This document shows, one piece after another, positions 35,358-37,634 of a stretch of DNA of 37,634 nt. Position numbers and translations under genes: made by a program. The stretch covers positions 186,001-223,634 of the forward strand of contig JAMDHS010000031.1 in assembly GCA_029717555.1 (NCBI GenBank), written 5' to 3'. The notes beneath the pieces were generated by a model. That model made no database searches. It saw nothing but the letters and a program-made list of their open reading frames with translations, and was not told where the DNA came from. Each line of letters begins with the position of its first letter. Positions within the stretch are counted from its first letter, which is position 1. This DNA is from Peribolospora baueri. Lineage: Eukaryota.

Positions 35358-37028
35358 ATGCCCACCACTCCCACGCCCTTCATTCAACCACAGCCGCCCT
35401 CCACCATTGCCGTTTTGCTTTCCTCCACCCCACCATATATGCACGCCCTCTCCGCCTCCGTCTTCCCTGCCGACCCCACCGCCATCCTAGCCCTCACCAT
35501 CGCCTCCACGGACTCACCCGCGACCCATACCCACGGTCTCGGATTGACTTGGACTTACGCCCGGTCAGCAGAGATGAGCTCCGAGGGAGGCCGCCAGCTG
35601 GGCGCCTACGCGGCGGCCTACCTCCACGCAGGCGCTCTCAACCGCCGCGCCTTCCCGGCCTTCCCCTCCTCCTCCTCTCCCGCAACCGCAACCGCAACCA
35701 CTTCCCAGCTCATCTCCGACCCAACCCCCGCCTTGACCGCAGGAGAGCCAGAGCCAGTGCCAGTGCCCCGGGCGCGGGCGCGGACCGTGCACGCCACGAT
35801 GCCCAAGCCGGGACAGGTGTTCAAGACAAAGCCGGAGAGGAGGGCTAAGAATATGGTCGCACAGAGGGAATACCGTGAGTCGACCTGTTGCCGAGCTGGC
35901 TAGCCAGGAACGCGGACGGGCGGTTGATGACAATCATCCGCCCCATCGGCCGTTTTTTTCACTTCCTTTTCTTCCGACTCCGCTTCCGTCCCCGTTCCTC
36001 TCCCGATCAGGTAAGCGAAAGAACGCGTACCTTGCCAACCTCGAAGCAGAAAACGTGCAGCTCAAGAGACGCCTCATCCACCTCGAGGCACAGCGCGCTG
36101 GCCTCACTGTCGACGAATGGCGCGCGCAAAACCGCCAAGAGGCGTGGGAGCTCGACGTCGGTGACCCGGGCAGCGATGCCGGTGACCCCGTCGACGCGTC
36201 GTCGACCGACGTTCACACTCACGCCGACGGTGACGTCACCATCGGCATCGATGGGAGCGGTTCGGAGGACGACGACGACGACGGCGGTGGTGACGGCGCG
36301 GTCAAGAGGAAGCGCGCCGTCGACGCCGACGGGGACGGCGACAACGTCGGCCTCGACGTTGGCCTCGATCGCAGCCTCGGCATCGGTCGCTCGCCCGTCC
36401 AGGCTCGATCCGAGTGAGCGGACCGGCCCGCGTCTCTCATCCTCCGCTTGCTCACACACTCTGACCCGCGCGCCCTCTCCTCCCTGCCGTCAGAGGAGGC
36501 GCCTCCGCCGCCCTCCAGCGCTCCCCTTTCTTCGCCCCTGCCTGGCCCTACTTTCTTGCCTCCGGCTCCCACACCGCGCCCGTCGATGACTCGCCCTTCG
36601 CCTGGTCCCATCCTCCCTCTGCTCACAGTCATCGTCACCATCCCGCCATCGCCGCCACCGCCGCCGCCGCCACCTGGGGCACGCACGCGCGGAGCATCAG
36701 CGCACCGGAGGCGGAGGGGTCTAGCGCGCCCACCCGGCGACCTTCCCTCCTACCCTCCCTTCCGGAGGTCCACTCCTCGGCCCCGGCCACCGCTGACCAC
36801 TCTATCTCCGAGTCCATCTCCTCCTCAACCGCAGTCTCCTTCTCCGGCCTGGGCCAGACGACCATCGTCCCTCTCCCTTTCAAGCTTCGCCTTGTCCGGG
36901 GCCGAGACGAGCTGGTTGAGCGCGACGAGCAGATGCAACGACGACGACAGAGACCCGGCTGGCATGGCGCGAGAAAGCGACCGCCGGCAACGGCAGCAGC
37001 CGACCATGTCGACTGTCCTCACCTCTGA
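35358..37028 (+). CDS. Yap-like bZIP transcription factor, paralogue C; exons ~35358-35874, 36011-36413, 36494-37028
   Basis: VFKTKPERRAKNMVAQREYR|KRKNAYLANLEAENVQLKRRLIHLEAQ. Introns are GTGAGT...CAG (35875-36010) and GTGAGC...CAG (36414-36493). The start codon and last exon are less certain. Confidence 0.78.
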
Positions 37029-37569
37029 GCCTCTCGACACGTTGACGTACCAATATCGTTTTCGGTAGCCTCCGCCCACCGACGGCGTTCGGATTTGTCG
37101 TTCGTCGAGGCGCCCCCGCTTTGGGCATGCCTAGCCCAGTCAGTCCAGCCGATCGGTGTAGCAGTCCGGCCGGGCCGAAGCCCGTGCACAGCACGACGCC
37201 GCATCGTACTTGACCGAACCACACCGCACTGCACTACACCGCGCCGCACCGCACCGCACCGCGCGGCGCCGCAACAGAGGTCTCCTCTCTCCATCTGCCT
37301 GAGCGTCTGACGGCGTTGGCCCCGTCACGCCGCGTCACGTCGAATGAAATAGAGCGGACGCCCGGCTGCCTGCCTTTCGTTCCTCTCCATGCGCTCCTTC
37401 GTACGAATGCCATCGCGAGAACGTGTCCTGTACGCAGCGGATATAGACGTTACCGTTACAGCCTTGGTTCCCCCCCCCGGCGCACTCTCTTGTCGGGGAT
37501 TTTCTTTTCGCTCCAAATCGAAACGACGCCTGTCCGCTTTGTTTTGGTTCGCTTTGCTTTGCTTTGTCT

Positions 37570-37573
<4 letters not shown>

Positions 37574-37634
<61 letters not shown>
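37574..37634 (+). repeat. Poly(T) tract of 61 nt running to the window end
   Basis: Directly visible, preceded by GCTTT-type repeats. Confidence 0.95.

Noticed and set aside
19458..37028. bZIP cluster as a mating-type locus or as HAC1/HXL1-type genes
   Set aside because: No homeodomain, pheromone or STE3 receptor sequence was seen, and the introns are ordinary GT-AG rather than Ire1-type.

Overview
Eukaryotic, GC-rich, intron-rich fungal DNA, most consistent with a basidiomycete (GTGAG/GTGCG donors, CTGAC/CTCAC/CTAAC branch points, intron-containing tRNA). Left to right: 5' part of TOM70 head-to-head with SUMO (SMT3); a decaying island with two broken APH-type phosphotransferase genes, a Ty1/copia RNase H relic and tRNA-Phe(GAA); phosphoglucomutase; a compact trio of a flavin-reductase-like gene, a DUR3-like solute:sodium symporter and a DszA/NtaA-family flavin monooxygenase (putative two-component catabolic cluster); three highly diverged Yap-like bZIP paralogues with the same two-intron architecture; a 1302-aa intronless gene with a probable DUF5745/CEP95-like N-terminus; and a nested insertion in which a deleted Helitron with three stacked 3' termini sits inside a TGTGATT...AATCACA element with a 4-bp target duplication that splits a 48-bp-repeat mini-ORF. 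The right third is microsatellite-rich and the window ends in 61 T. All gene models were spliced by eye and all family calls come from motif recognition; no database search was run.
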